The notes under the pieces: generated by a model | Database searches by the model: none | Told to the model about the DNA's origin: nothing | What the model saw: the letters and a program-made list of their open reading frames with translations, nothing else | DNA from: Eledone cirrhosa | Lineage: Eukaryota | Length of the DNA: 64,000 bases | Assembly (NCBI GenBank): GCA_964016885.1 | Contig: OZ024745.1 | Location: 30,876,001 to 30,940,000, forward strand | Direction: 5' to 3' | Part shown: piece by piece, positions 53,525-64,000 of the stretch | How the letters are laid out: the number at the start of each line of letters is the position of its first letter | How positions within the stretch are numbered: the stretch's first letter is position 1 | Translations under genes and position numbers: made by a program

Positions 53525-53728
53525 GGACAAAATGAAAACACACACACACATAGAACAAACAACCAACCAATAACATGTAAATAAATAAACAAATAGATAA
53601 ATGAACACAAACACACACAGACACCCGGATGTGGCGCATGCGCAAACTGAGCACACAACACACACACAGAAACAAAATGGCGTAGGACAGAAGAAAGGAA
53701 AGGCACAGAAACAAAGAAAGGAATCCCC

Positions 53729-53773
53729 AGTCACTGAAGAGGTCACAGAGTGTGTGACGAAAGGACTATGACT
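53729..53773 (+). ncRNA. Type I hammerhead in the PLE 3'UTR/pLTR
   Basis: AGTCA-CTGAAGA-G-GTCAC AGAGTGT GTGAC-GAAA-GGAC-TA-TGACT. Confidence 0.82.
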
Positions 53774-54247
53774 ATATATAAACAACTATCTGGTTGTGGA
53801 ACCAACCAACCAACCAGAAATTTATAAATTTGTAGATTTGTAAATTTATAAATTTATAAATATATAATAAATTGAAGTGAAAGCAACTGGTGCGTGTGTT
53901 TCTTATTGGCAACATGACCCTCCCAAAGTATAACAATATCGGTTTCAACACACGATTTCAGATAAAGAATCTTGCTAAACAAATTCAGAAACGAAATATA
54001 TATATACATGTGTGTGTGTGTTTCATTAGTGTAATATAGGTGTTTGTTGTTGACCTCGCTCCAATTTCTCTTCTATTAGATACTGTTTCATACTCAAAGC
54101 CCTCTGTGTCTGCTAAGAATGATAAAACTGCTAGAGACTGACAGCTCGGCCAGTGCAGAAATTGTGGCTTTTTATCTGCTGCACGCTTTTCATAATGGTG
54201 GAATTTAAATTTAGTTTAGTTATGAGAGAAGTTTACGTTTCATTGTA

Positions 54248-54325
<78 letters not shown>

Positions 54326-54417
54326 TCTCTCTCTCTTTCTCTCTCTATCTATCGATTTATCTAATTCTCTCTCCCTTTCTCTCTTTCTGACTCTTCCTCT
54401 CTCTTTCTCTCTCTCTC

Positions 54418-54453
<36 letters not shown>

Positions 54454-54652
54454 GTACATTATCTTACTCGTTCTCTCTTTTTGTACCTCTCTCTCTGTTT
54501 CTCTCTTTTGTCCCTCACTCCCTTGCTCTCTCTCCTCTCATTCTTTCTCACGTTCACACATTCTCTCTCTCTCTCTCTCTTTATCTCTATATCTCACGTA
54601 CTCTCTATCTATCTATCTCACTCGTCCTCTCTCTCTCTCTATCTCTCTCTCT

Positions 54653-54695
<43 letters not shown>

Positions 54696-55135
54696 TCTTA
54701 CTTGCTCTTGCCCAATTATTCTCTCCTTTCTTCCTTTCTCTCTGCTGTCCATCTTATCTCTCACACTCTCCTCCACCACCACCACCACATGACACCCCAA
54801 CTCAAACACACACTCACACTCATACTCAACTGTTAAAAGCTCGTTTAACTCTCCAGCAACAGGGAATCAACAATTAAAGACAGTGTCTCGCACAATGAAA
54901 CCACCATTGAAACTTAGTTGCAATTCCTGTTTATAGATACAATTAACTGTTTGTGCACCGAAGGACTAATGGGCGGGTTACTTAGTTACATGAACTCATT
55001 TCTAGTGATAGCAATCAAGCTTCATCCCGTAAACATCCTGTAAACTACTGGGGTCATGATATTTCTGATATATTACTTGGTTATTATATATATATATGTA
55101 TATATGCATGTATATTTGAATATATATATATATTT

Positions 55136-55232
<97 letters not shown>

Positions 55233-55262
55233 GTGTGTGTGTGTGTGCATATGTTTATATAT

Positions 55263-55309
<47 letters not shown>

Positions 55310-55556
55310 TATACAACCCACACAATGATTTATGGCTGTTTTCATTTTCTTAATAGCAAGGAATGTAGTTTGTCTGTGTATTCATGTCTAGCCATATTCG
55401 TCCTCCTACAGGAGGATTTTTACTGTCAATATATATATGCATACATAGATACATACATATATATACATAGATACATGCGTACACACGCATACATACATAC
55501 ATACATACATACATACATACATACATACATACATACATACATACATACATACATAC

Positions 55557-56166
55557 ATGGTGGCTGCCAACTCGTTTTCGAGTACGGCCACTACTTTATA
55601 TCCATGTAGGAGAACCCCTACCGATGCGCTGAACGAGTGTGACTTTTTAGTCCAGCCAGCGACTTGAAAACTCTGGTACAAACACTACACCTGTGACAAT
55701 TATTGATACTTAGTGCTGGACCGATGGTACCATGTGACGACAAGTGCAGAGAGATCTCCAGATATAAAGCAATGCCTGTGCCGTGAAGCTTTTATAGTGA
55801 GCAAAGGCACTGCACAAAGCCAGTCCCACTCTCTTAACTAAGATGATATTTACCAAAAAGAAGAACAAGTCAACATCATTGGATACCATCAGGGTTGCAG
55901 GTGTTATATCAGAGTTTTCCTTCTCCTAGAATTCTGCCTTGACAAAGGCTAAGGGGTCATCTCTCCCAGTGATTTTGGATGCCCATTGACTCTTAAGAGC
56001 TCCTTTGCCCTTTGACAGGTTTTGTTTTTAGTCCTGCAGGATGTCCAAAGTCACCCTCCTCACCAAGAAACCTTGGTGGGTTTGCCAGTTTAGTTGCCAA
56101 CGACCCGACTATGAGACAGGTTGTACTGGGATACATGTTACCAGTAGCACCAACTGGTGATCTGAC
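55557..56166 (-). mobile_element. Family A copy 6
   Basis: Full-length reverse complement; (CATA)n flanks. Confidence 0.88.
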
Positions 56167-56245
56167 ATACATACATACATACATACATACATACATACAT
56201 ACATACATACATACATACATACATACATACATACATACATACATA

Positions 56246-56582
56246 AGCTAAGCTTCACGGAAACAGAAAGAACACGACTAGATAGGAAATTACAAGTACA
56301 ATCCATTAATGGAACAGTAAAAATATGTAAAACATTCCAAAAATTCTGCATCTAATAACTACATGTACACATGTACAGATACAAAGCATATGCACATGCA
56401 CATATATAACTCAAATCCACACATACATTGACATCCGTACCTGCACACATACGCATGCATGCCGACATGCATATATATCTACTTAGTTGATGCTTTTTTA
56501 GATTCCAATGAGAGAGTTTTGTGTCTATGTTAAAAAACGACTCTATTGGTAAAAAATTATAAAATTATATAACCAGAAGAAC
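56246..56582 (+). mobile_element. Short 3' fragment of the (TACA)n-associated RLE LINE
   Basis: Homologous to 17958-18273 (RKLQVQSINGTVKICKTFQKF; ends AACCAGAAGAACATAC). Confidence 0.88.
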
Positions 56583-56680
56583 ATACATGTAATTTTTCAT
56601 ATTACCCATTCTACTATTCCAAGTATTGAGTACTCTGGTGAGTAATGGTCTAACTGGTTCTTACCACCTCCATTTCTGAT

Positions 56681-56778
<98 letters not shown>

Positions 56779-56812
56779 GAGCAAACATCACGAGCGCTCT
56801 ATCTCAAAATTA

Positions 56813-56848
56813 TTTTTGAAAAGCATTAGAAATGCGCAACCGGTAAAA
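56813..56848 (+). ncRNA. Hammerhead-like motif, U3-A8 plus GCAA variant (family E, about 56775-56995)
   Basis: TTT-TTGAAAA-GCATT AGA AATGC-GCAA-CCGG-TA-AAA. Confidence 0.62.
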
Positions 56849-56987
56849 ACTTAAAACTAAAACTAAATACTAACCAATACTTATTACTAATTTATACTTA
56901 TTCCTAATTAAACTATTTTTCACTGGGAAAAATTTGTCAGCATTTTCTTTTCCTTTTACTAATATATCACAACTCGTGTGTTACACC

Positions 56988-57070
<83 letters not shown>

Positions 57071-57142
57071 AGAAGTGTGTTACACAGTGAGATGTGTGTA
57101 AAGAATTATTACAAGTTAGATGTGTGGTGTTCAGTGTTCGCA

Positions 57143-57220
57143 TTTGCTGACTGAGGATCCTGTGACCTGATACACTTCACATATAATGTGGTGAAACGAA
57201 GTGAGATTCGTATCAGCAAA
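57143..57220 (+). ncRNA. Degenerate hammerhead candidate
   Basis: 8-bp stem I TTTGCTGA/TCAGCAAA and CTGAGGA, but GAGA replaces GAAA and stem II pairs poorly. Confidence 0.4.
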
Positions 57221-57675
57221 ATATAGTTATAAGGTTGGTATTTTAAAACTCTAATCCAGAGATTTGACTCTGACTTAGTTTTTTTCTATTTAATTACTAA
57301 ACCTGTAGATATTGTTCCCTATACAGTAACGGTAAACGTTTTGTATTGCAAACTTTTATAATATTTCGTAGACAAGAGATAGAAAAACAAAATTTACTCT
57401 ACTTTCTACACTAAAATTAGTTGGTGCCCACCACAGAACCCCTTGTAACGTTTCATATTATTTATTTCTATAAGGATCTGAGTTTCAATGACTTTTTCTT
57501 AATTTCTATACCACTTACGTATTTTTTTCTCTTTATTCAAAAAGTGCCATTTTTTCCAAAGGCATCTGTAAAAGATTGTAAATATTATATATATTGCCAG
57601 CAGAATTCAATTTCTTTATAAAATTTATATACATATCTTTACCACACCCTACATATGTGCCTACACATACAGGCG

Positions 57676-57741
<66 letters not shown>

Positions 57742-57810
57742 ATATATACGTATATTATATATATGTGTGCGTATATATATATATGAATATATATATATCA
57801 TACACATATA

Positions 57811-57857
<47 letters not shown>

Positions 57858-57957
57858 GTATATATATATGTATATATATATACATATATGTATATATATA
57901 CATATATATGTATATATATGTATATATATGTATATATATGTATATATATATATATAT

Positions 57958-58033
<76 letters not shown>

Positions 58034-58075
58034 CTTCAAAATGTTAATAAATATAGACATTCATGTGATCAAATA

Positions 58076-58141
58076 TATTTTATTATACATATTTCAGAGA
58101 TACTGAGGTATTTCAACAGTACGTCCTCATCAGATAAAATA
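58076..58141 (-). ncRNA. Type I hammerhead, same family as 2332-2397
   Basis: Minus strand: TATTTTAT-CTGATGA-GGACGTACTG..CAGTATCTCT-GAAA-TATGTA-TA-ATAAAATA. Confidence 0.75.
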
Positions 58142-58259
58142 AGTTGATGCCTGACATACCTTGACTATGTTGATGGTTATAATTTAGTCATGGCAGTGAT
58201 TAGTTACGACAAAACTCGATATTTATATACCTTAAGTTGAAACATGAAAAATGTTAAAC

Positions 58260-58415
<156 letters not shown>

Positions 58416-58731
58416 GAAATGTATGCAACAACGTGCCACTCACAGTCCTACACAATGCTAACTATGGTTAAACGGTTGCAGAGAATATCTCTACAGAATT
58501 TGGTTTTGAGGTGGCAAAACTTGAACAAATTCATCAGGGCAATCAACAATAGTTCAATATGATCAACGATTTAACAATAATCAAATCATCCAATAAGGAG
58601 ATCAAAGTCATTGATATATCCCATAAATTAATTATGGTCATCAACAAAAATTTATGCAGTTAACATTAAACAATCAGTAAAAGGACCAAAGAAATTTATG
58701 GTTTATCGTTGAAAACCTGTATATGTGTGTA

Positions 58732-59417
58732 TCTAAACTATAATAAAAGAACGTCTGCGGGATTGCGTACGGTTTATTTTTTTTTATCCCGTTTGTAAAA
58801 TAAGTTGGATTACTTTGAATAAATAATTGTTTCTACTTTTGGCACAAGGCCAGCAATTACCCAGTGTATTACTGGTACTTTATTTTATCGACCCCGTAAG
58901 GATGAAAGGCAAAGTTAACCTCGGCGGGATTTGAACTCATTATGGAAAAGGCCGTAACTCTTTGCGTCAAAGCATTGCGTCCGACCCTCTATCGATACTG
59001 CCAATCTACCGCCTTTTGAATAAATAATGAATGAATATTACATAATTTATCTACTAAATTTCGTGGCTGTTCATTAAATATATTTCATTATTTATTTAAA
59101 GATTCACTTCTTTAAAATTTTCAAATGTCAACACTTCCGGTGGCGATCGCTTAAATAAACATATTAATTTTCTCTCACTAATTTTCTCCTAATGCAGTTT
59201 ATATATAATATCGTCTTTTTTTAAAATGTATCATGGATTACGTTACTGATTACATAAAACCGTGTAACACAGTCTTCGTTCAATTTCTGTGTATATTGTC
59301 AATTACGATTTTATTTGACGTATCATATCTACATGTATATATATACTTGCGTATTATATCAATATACACACTACACATGGTAGCAGAAAACCACCCGAAG
59401 GGTGGTTTTTCTGCTAG
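58732..59417 (+). mobile_element. Non-autonomous Helitron-like element containing a SINE
   Basis: A|TCTAAACTATAATAAAAG start; CTAG|T end; 16-bp terminal hairpin 59381-59416. Confidence 0.7.
58828..59014 (-). mobile_element. Full-length tRNA-SINE with 14-bp TSD
   Basis: TTTGAATAAATAAT at 58814-58827 and 59015-59028. Confidence 0.9.
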
Positions 59418-59728
59418 TGTGTGTAATGCAGAAGGAAAAAATGGAGCGCAATGTTTGATATTTGCTTTCTATAACATTTGTAGCAGAAATATTATAGGCG
59501 AAAAGGCTAAAGACCATTTGTAAAACTTGGATTGATGTTGTTCGCCGAATAGGAAATATATCTAAGATTACACTATCAAATGAATCCTTTCTCTTTTAAG
59601 TGTGTAATGCAAGGAACGTTTTTTTTTCGTATTTTTTTTTTCTTTCTCAGCTTTTTTTTCCAAAAGCCTTATTTCTAATCCTCCAGGAAAGTAATTTTCC
59701 TTCACATTTTTCGTATTGTTTCTTTCAG

Positions 59729-59884
59729 CTAAAACTCAAACGTTTTGTGGATTTGAAGATGAAGGTATATGTGGCTTTCAACAGGAAAATAGTACAGACT
59801 TCTTTGACTGGTCGCGAGGTAAAGGTGAAACTCCATCTTCAGGAACAGGCCCAGAAAACGATCATACATGTCAAACACCAAACG
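59729..59884 (+). CDS. Host exon: N-terminal part of a MAM domain
   Basis: TTTCTTTCAG acceptor, GTAAAT donor, phase 1-1; KTQTFCGFEDEGICGFQQENSTDFFDWSRGKGETPSSGTGPENDHTCQTPN(G). Confidence 0.95.
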
Positions 59885-59960
59885 GTAAATAATACATTTT
59901 ATTGAGAATATTACAAGTGTAATTTAAAATAAATATTGTGAACCTAAACGTATATGTATG

Positions 59961-60032
<72 letters not shown>

Positions 60033-60100
60033 TTAAGTGTTATTTTTGAAAAAAGGACAAAACACTTTTTTAAAAAAGAATGTTTTATAAAATATATAAT

Positions 60101-60139
60101 ATATTACCGGTTTCAATGTTAATTCATCTTATCAAATAT
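60101..60139 (-). ncRNA. Type I hammerhead, U3-A8 variant (intronic, antisense to the host gene)
   Basis: Minus strand: ATAT-TTGATAA-GATG AATTAA CATT-GAAA-CCGG-TA-ATAT. Confidence 0.7.
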
Positions 60140-60522
60140 TAAATATTAAAATTTAAATTTAAAAATAAAAAATTCAAAATTAAACGTTCATATTTCGTGT
60201 TGTGAGGTCAAAAAGATCAATATATAATATAATGCGATCATGTGGCTCTATGAGAGAATTAGAGCTAAAAATCCAAGACCTCAGAGCTTTGCACACATCC
60301 AATATCATAGGAAACCACATATCTAATATTTTACTGAGAAAAATCAATTAGGTTAAAAAAATTTACCAACAGAATAAGTATTATACTTCCATAGCCACTA
60401 AGTTTTTATAAGGCCTCCGTGGTACCATTTCGTTCAGCAAAAATCATCATTTACCGTTGATTAACATATATATATGAGCTTCTGGCTTGTATCTGCCGTT
60501 ATTACTTCTTGTTGTTTGAATT

Positions 60523-60560
60523 GCCCTGATGAGTCCTTAATAGGACGAAACATTGTCGGC
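60523..60560 (+). ncRNA. Canonical minimal type I hammerhead (intronic, sense to the host gene)
   Basis: GCC-CTGATGA-GTCCT TAAT AGGAC-GAAA-CATTG-TC-GGC; AATAAA at 60562. Confidence 0.85.
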
Positions 60561-60707
60561 TAATAAAGACTTTTGATGTATTGAAGGCTTCTTTGTTTTA
60601 CTCTCTTAATTTTTCGGCTCTGTTTAACTACATTGAGCTATACCTTTTACTGTCATTTCTATAATACGAAGAGGGTGTTTAACTCCAACACGCTCCAGTA
60701 TTTTAAC

Positions 60708-60750
<43 letters not shown>

Positions 60751-60751
<1 letters not shown>

Positions 60752-60938
60752 CGAAGGAAGTGTGGTAAGGAACCAGATGGACCATAACGCACCAGAGTAC
60801 TCAATACTTAGGGTTGTAGAGTGGGTAATAGGAAAAAGTTCAAGACCCCCGATGGCAGAGCTCAAGCCGTTTCGACGGCTATTTCTGGACTCCAGAAATA
60901 GCCGTCGAAACGGCTTGAGCTATGCCGTCGGAGTCTTG
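60751..60938. mobile_element. Family C foldback (intronic)
   Basis: Arms 60841-60889 / 60891-60938; GAAA-CGGC-TTGAGCTAT-GCCG-TC-GGAGTC. Confidence 0.88.
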
Positions 60939-61310
60939 GTTTGCTATCGCTGTGTGTCGGTGGGGATTCGGCACCCAGAAACTCTATCAAATGTTAATTG
61001 ACTTCAAGTACGGCTCTATTTGCTCGGAGAAAGTCAAATCACACAAACTATATCTTCCTACATGAAGGTGATGTGTTTCGTGATGATCTATTGATTCAGG
61101 CTAGATGATGCGATGTCTCCATTCCCTTTGTTTTATATGTCTATACAATACAGCTAAGAACCATTCAATCATGTCTACATCAAAAGCTACATAAATCAGT
61201 TGGATCAGTCTCCTGGCTGTTTAGTCTTCCCATCATATTTTAACTACCAGATGTCTAAAAATGTCCATGTATTGTTAATGTCTATTTCATCTCTTTTTGT
61301 TTACATTTAG

Positions 61311-61462
61311 GTCACTTTATGTTCATCGAAGCTTCAGCTAAAGGACGTGGACACCGAGCCGTTCTCAAGTCACCAATTTATAGAGCCTTCAATAAGCAAT
61401 GTGTGCAATTCTTTTACCATATGTATGGCAATCATATTGGTACACTTAACGTTTTCACACAG
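61311..61462 (+). CDS. Host exon: central part of the MAM domain
   Basis: TTACATTTAG acceptor, GTTTGT donor, phase 1-0; (G)[50 protein letters not shown]; in frame with the previous exon. Confidence 0.95.
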
Positions 61463-61507
61463 GTTTGTTATTTTTAGCTATTTCGCTATTTTGTAAATCT
61501 CCGTGTT

Positions 61508-61539
<32 letters not shown>

Positions 61540-61573
61540 CGTGTGGTGTGTGTATATATATATATATATATAC

Positions 61574-61642
<69 letters not shown>

Positions 61643-61826
61643 TGTGTGTGTGTATATATATGTATATATATATATACATATGTGTGTATGTGTATATATA
61701 TATATATCGGCCTGCCCGCCCAGCCAGTGGGATGGCGTTATATTATGGCTAAAACAGCACGACGTGCTGTGACCAGTGGCGCTGAATGGACGCCCGACAG
61801 ACTGGTCGGTCAAGGTGATCAAGGTG

Positions 61827-61918
<92 letters not shown>

Positions 61919-61999
61919 GGTAAACAGAAATAACTACACAATCGGTACAATATATGGAAGGAATATATTAGGTTAACGCTTGAAATAGCAGGAAGAGGG

Positions 62000-62036
62000 T
62001 CTTAACGTTTCGGATGCTGAGTCCTTCCTCAGAAGA
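62000..62036 (-). ncRNA. Minimal type I hammerhead in the 3'UTR of the second PLE
   Basis: Minus strand: TCTT-CTGAGGA-A-GGA CTCAGCA TCC-GAAA-CG-TT-AAGA. Confidence 0.75.
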
Positions 62037-62249
62037 AAGAATCAGAAATAAGATAGATTGAGGGGATGGACGGGTTGGAATTGGAAAAAATGTCTTTAGA
62101 TAAAAATAACAGGTCCATTCATGTTGATATCTCTTGCAAAACTGTTGGTGCTGGCGTTTTGTGTATGATTTATGTTTTAGAAAAGTGGATGATGGAGTGC
62201 ATCTTCCTGAAATGGCAAAAAAACCGTGCGTAAGCATATGTGTGTAAGC

Positions 62250-62320
<71 letters not shown>

Positions 62321-62584
62321 CGTCCGTACGAAGCTAAGAAGAAATGTGTGTGTATATGTAAGTAAAAGAGTGTGTATGCATGTAAGTACGAAGCTATGAG
62401 CAAAAGTATGTTAATATAAGGGTGTGTAAGTGTGTATACAGAGCAGTGAAGGGAAAAGCGGAGTGAGCATATATAGTCGGTCTGTATTAATTGTAAGAGA
62501 GGATGTTAATGATCATGAGAGAGCGATAGGAATCTAGGGATGAATTTACAAGCGCGTGTGATAATGGACGGGGTATTAAAGAAA

Positions 62585-64000
62585 TTAGGGAGGTGAGTTG
62601 AGTCCACGGGGGGAATAGGACACAAGGCGATGAATCAGACTCTGTTCAATCGTAGTGCGCGACGCCTGTGATCCATCATGTAAAGGGACACCCAAGACTG
62701 AAACATGTAAGGAAGAGTGACCAGGAGAACAGAAATGACGGGCGACAGGAGTATCCAAACCGAGTCGAATGTCCCTCAAATGCTTAGCAAAACGGTTATC
62801 TATACGGTGTCCTGTTTGTCCGATGTATAAAGACCCGCAAAGGGAACACCGGAGGGCATAGACAACGTGGGAAAGAAAGAAAGAAAGAAAGCAGTCGAGC
62901 TGTTCTCGAGATAGAGAGGTGCGGCCGATACAGTCGTCGATATAACAACCGTATAACTCAGGAGTCGACCCAGCGTACTGAGAGAAGATCTGGGTTTCGA
63001 CGTAACCAACAAACAAGTTGGCATAATTTGGACCCATTCTGGTTCCCATCGCTACACCCAGAGACCTGCTGATAGCATTCACCCGAAAAGGAAAAGCTAT
63101 TGAGGGTGAGTACAAGCTCAGCCAGACGGAGAAGAGTGGTAGTGCTGGGTTATGGGGTAGGGCGTAAGTCTAAAAAATGTTGGAGAGCGTGGAGGCCGTC
63201 ATCGTCAGGGATGACAGTATAGAGAGAGGGTAAAGAGAAGGCGAGAGGGACCAGGAGGAAAGGAGAAGGAGATGAAGAGTATAAGGGCATGATTGGTATC
63301 GTGGATGTGGGAGGGGAGATTGACGACCAGTGTCTAAATATTCAGAAATTATCTCGGTGTGGCAGTTGGGAGGAAGTAGATGTTGGGTGTGCGAGGGGTG
63401 CGTACAATAAGGTTGGTGGCTGTGGGGGTAGGAGAGAGGGGGAGATGAGCTCGTGGATGGTGGAGGACACGAGTTGTTGGTCGCTAGGAGTGGGGTCGGA
63501 GGATAAAGGGCGGTAAAAGAGGGTATTGTGAAGCTGGCGGAGAGCCTCAGCCCTATAGAGGTCAACGCTCCAAACCACCACAACGCCACCTTTGTTGCGA
63601 AGGTTGCGAAGAGCTCAGTCCGCGTGATGTTAGAGCGACGAGAATGCTGGTGGAAACAGTACCGGTTCACAGTAAGCCGACAAATATCGACAAAGGAGTC
63701 GAGAGTGCTGAACTGGCCAGAGCTTGGTGTCCAATGTGATTGCCGGTGACTGAGACGAGTGAAGTCATCCGTCTGTGTCGATGATGGCGTGTCGTGAAAA
63801 AAAGCTTTCAGCTTTAATCGACGGAAGAACCCTTCAATCTCGACACGTGTGCGGAACTCGTCGCAGGTAGATGTGGTTGGTATAAGACGCAAACCACGGG
63901 CGAGGAGGGAGGGCTTAGCTTCAGAGAGTGGTAGGTCCTGGGGTATGGTGACTACAGGGCAGGGACGTGAGGGAATGAAAGAGACGGAAGTGGAGAGGTT
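62585..64000 (-). pseudogene. Degenerate Neptune-like PLE ORF (deletions, frameshifts; runs off the window)
   Basis: FFRRLKLKAFF N-terminal motif; GVAMGTRMGPNYANLFVG, YIDDCIG; VVYALRC..C..LYIGQT...RF..H...PVARHF...P.GLN. Confidence 0.9.

Larger units (their letters stand above)
51714..53990 (+). mobile_element. Penelope-like element, 5'-truncated, with 216-bp inverted pLTR arms
   Basis: 51714-51929 is the near-perfect reverse complement of 53724-53939; ORF lies between; (TA)n flanks. Confidence 0.93.

Overview
AT-rich, microsatellite-saturated metazoan genomic DNA. It is most likely cephalopod/octopus; this is inferred from the SINE types and repeat landscape and is not verified. Nearly all listed ORFs are microsatellite translation artefacts. 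The only host coding sequence I can support is two + strand exons (59729-59884, 61311-61462) that splice in frame into a MAM domain and are missed by the ORF track. The rest is transposon-derived: two Penelope-like elements (PLEs; one with an open RT-C/GIY-YIG ORF between 216-bp inverted arms), R4/Dong-like RLE LINEs in (TAA)n and (TACA)n, RTE LINE fragments with bipartite RTE-derived short elements, CR1-group fragments, tRNA-SINEs, two Helitrons, hAT and mariner MITEs, and a 56-bp minisatellite. The main hidden signal is about 16 type I hammerhead ribozyme (HHR) motifs from roughly ten unrelated short repeats, mostly beside (TA)n and often inside foldback palindromes. They include U3-A8 and GCAA core variants and a family that keeps only the 3' half of the ribozyme. 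The RTE-derived elements also share a covarying 5' RNA structure that I cannot assign to a known class. All folds and coordinates were read by eye; no searches or folding programs were run.
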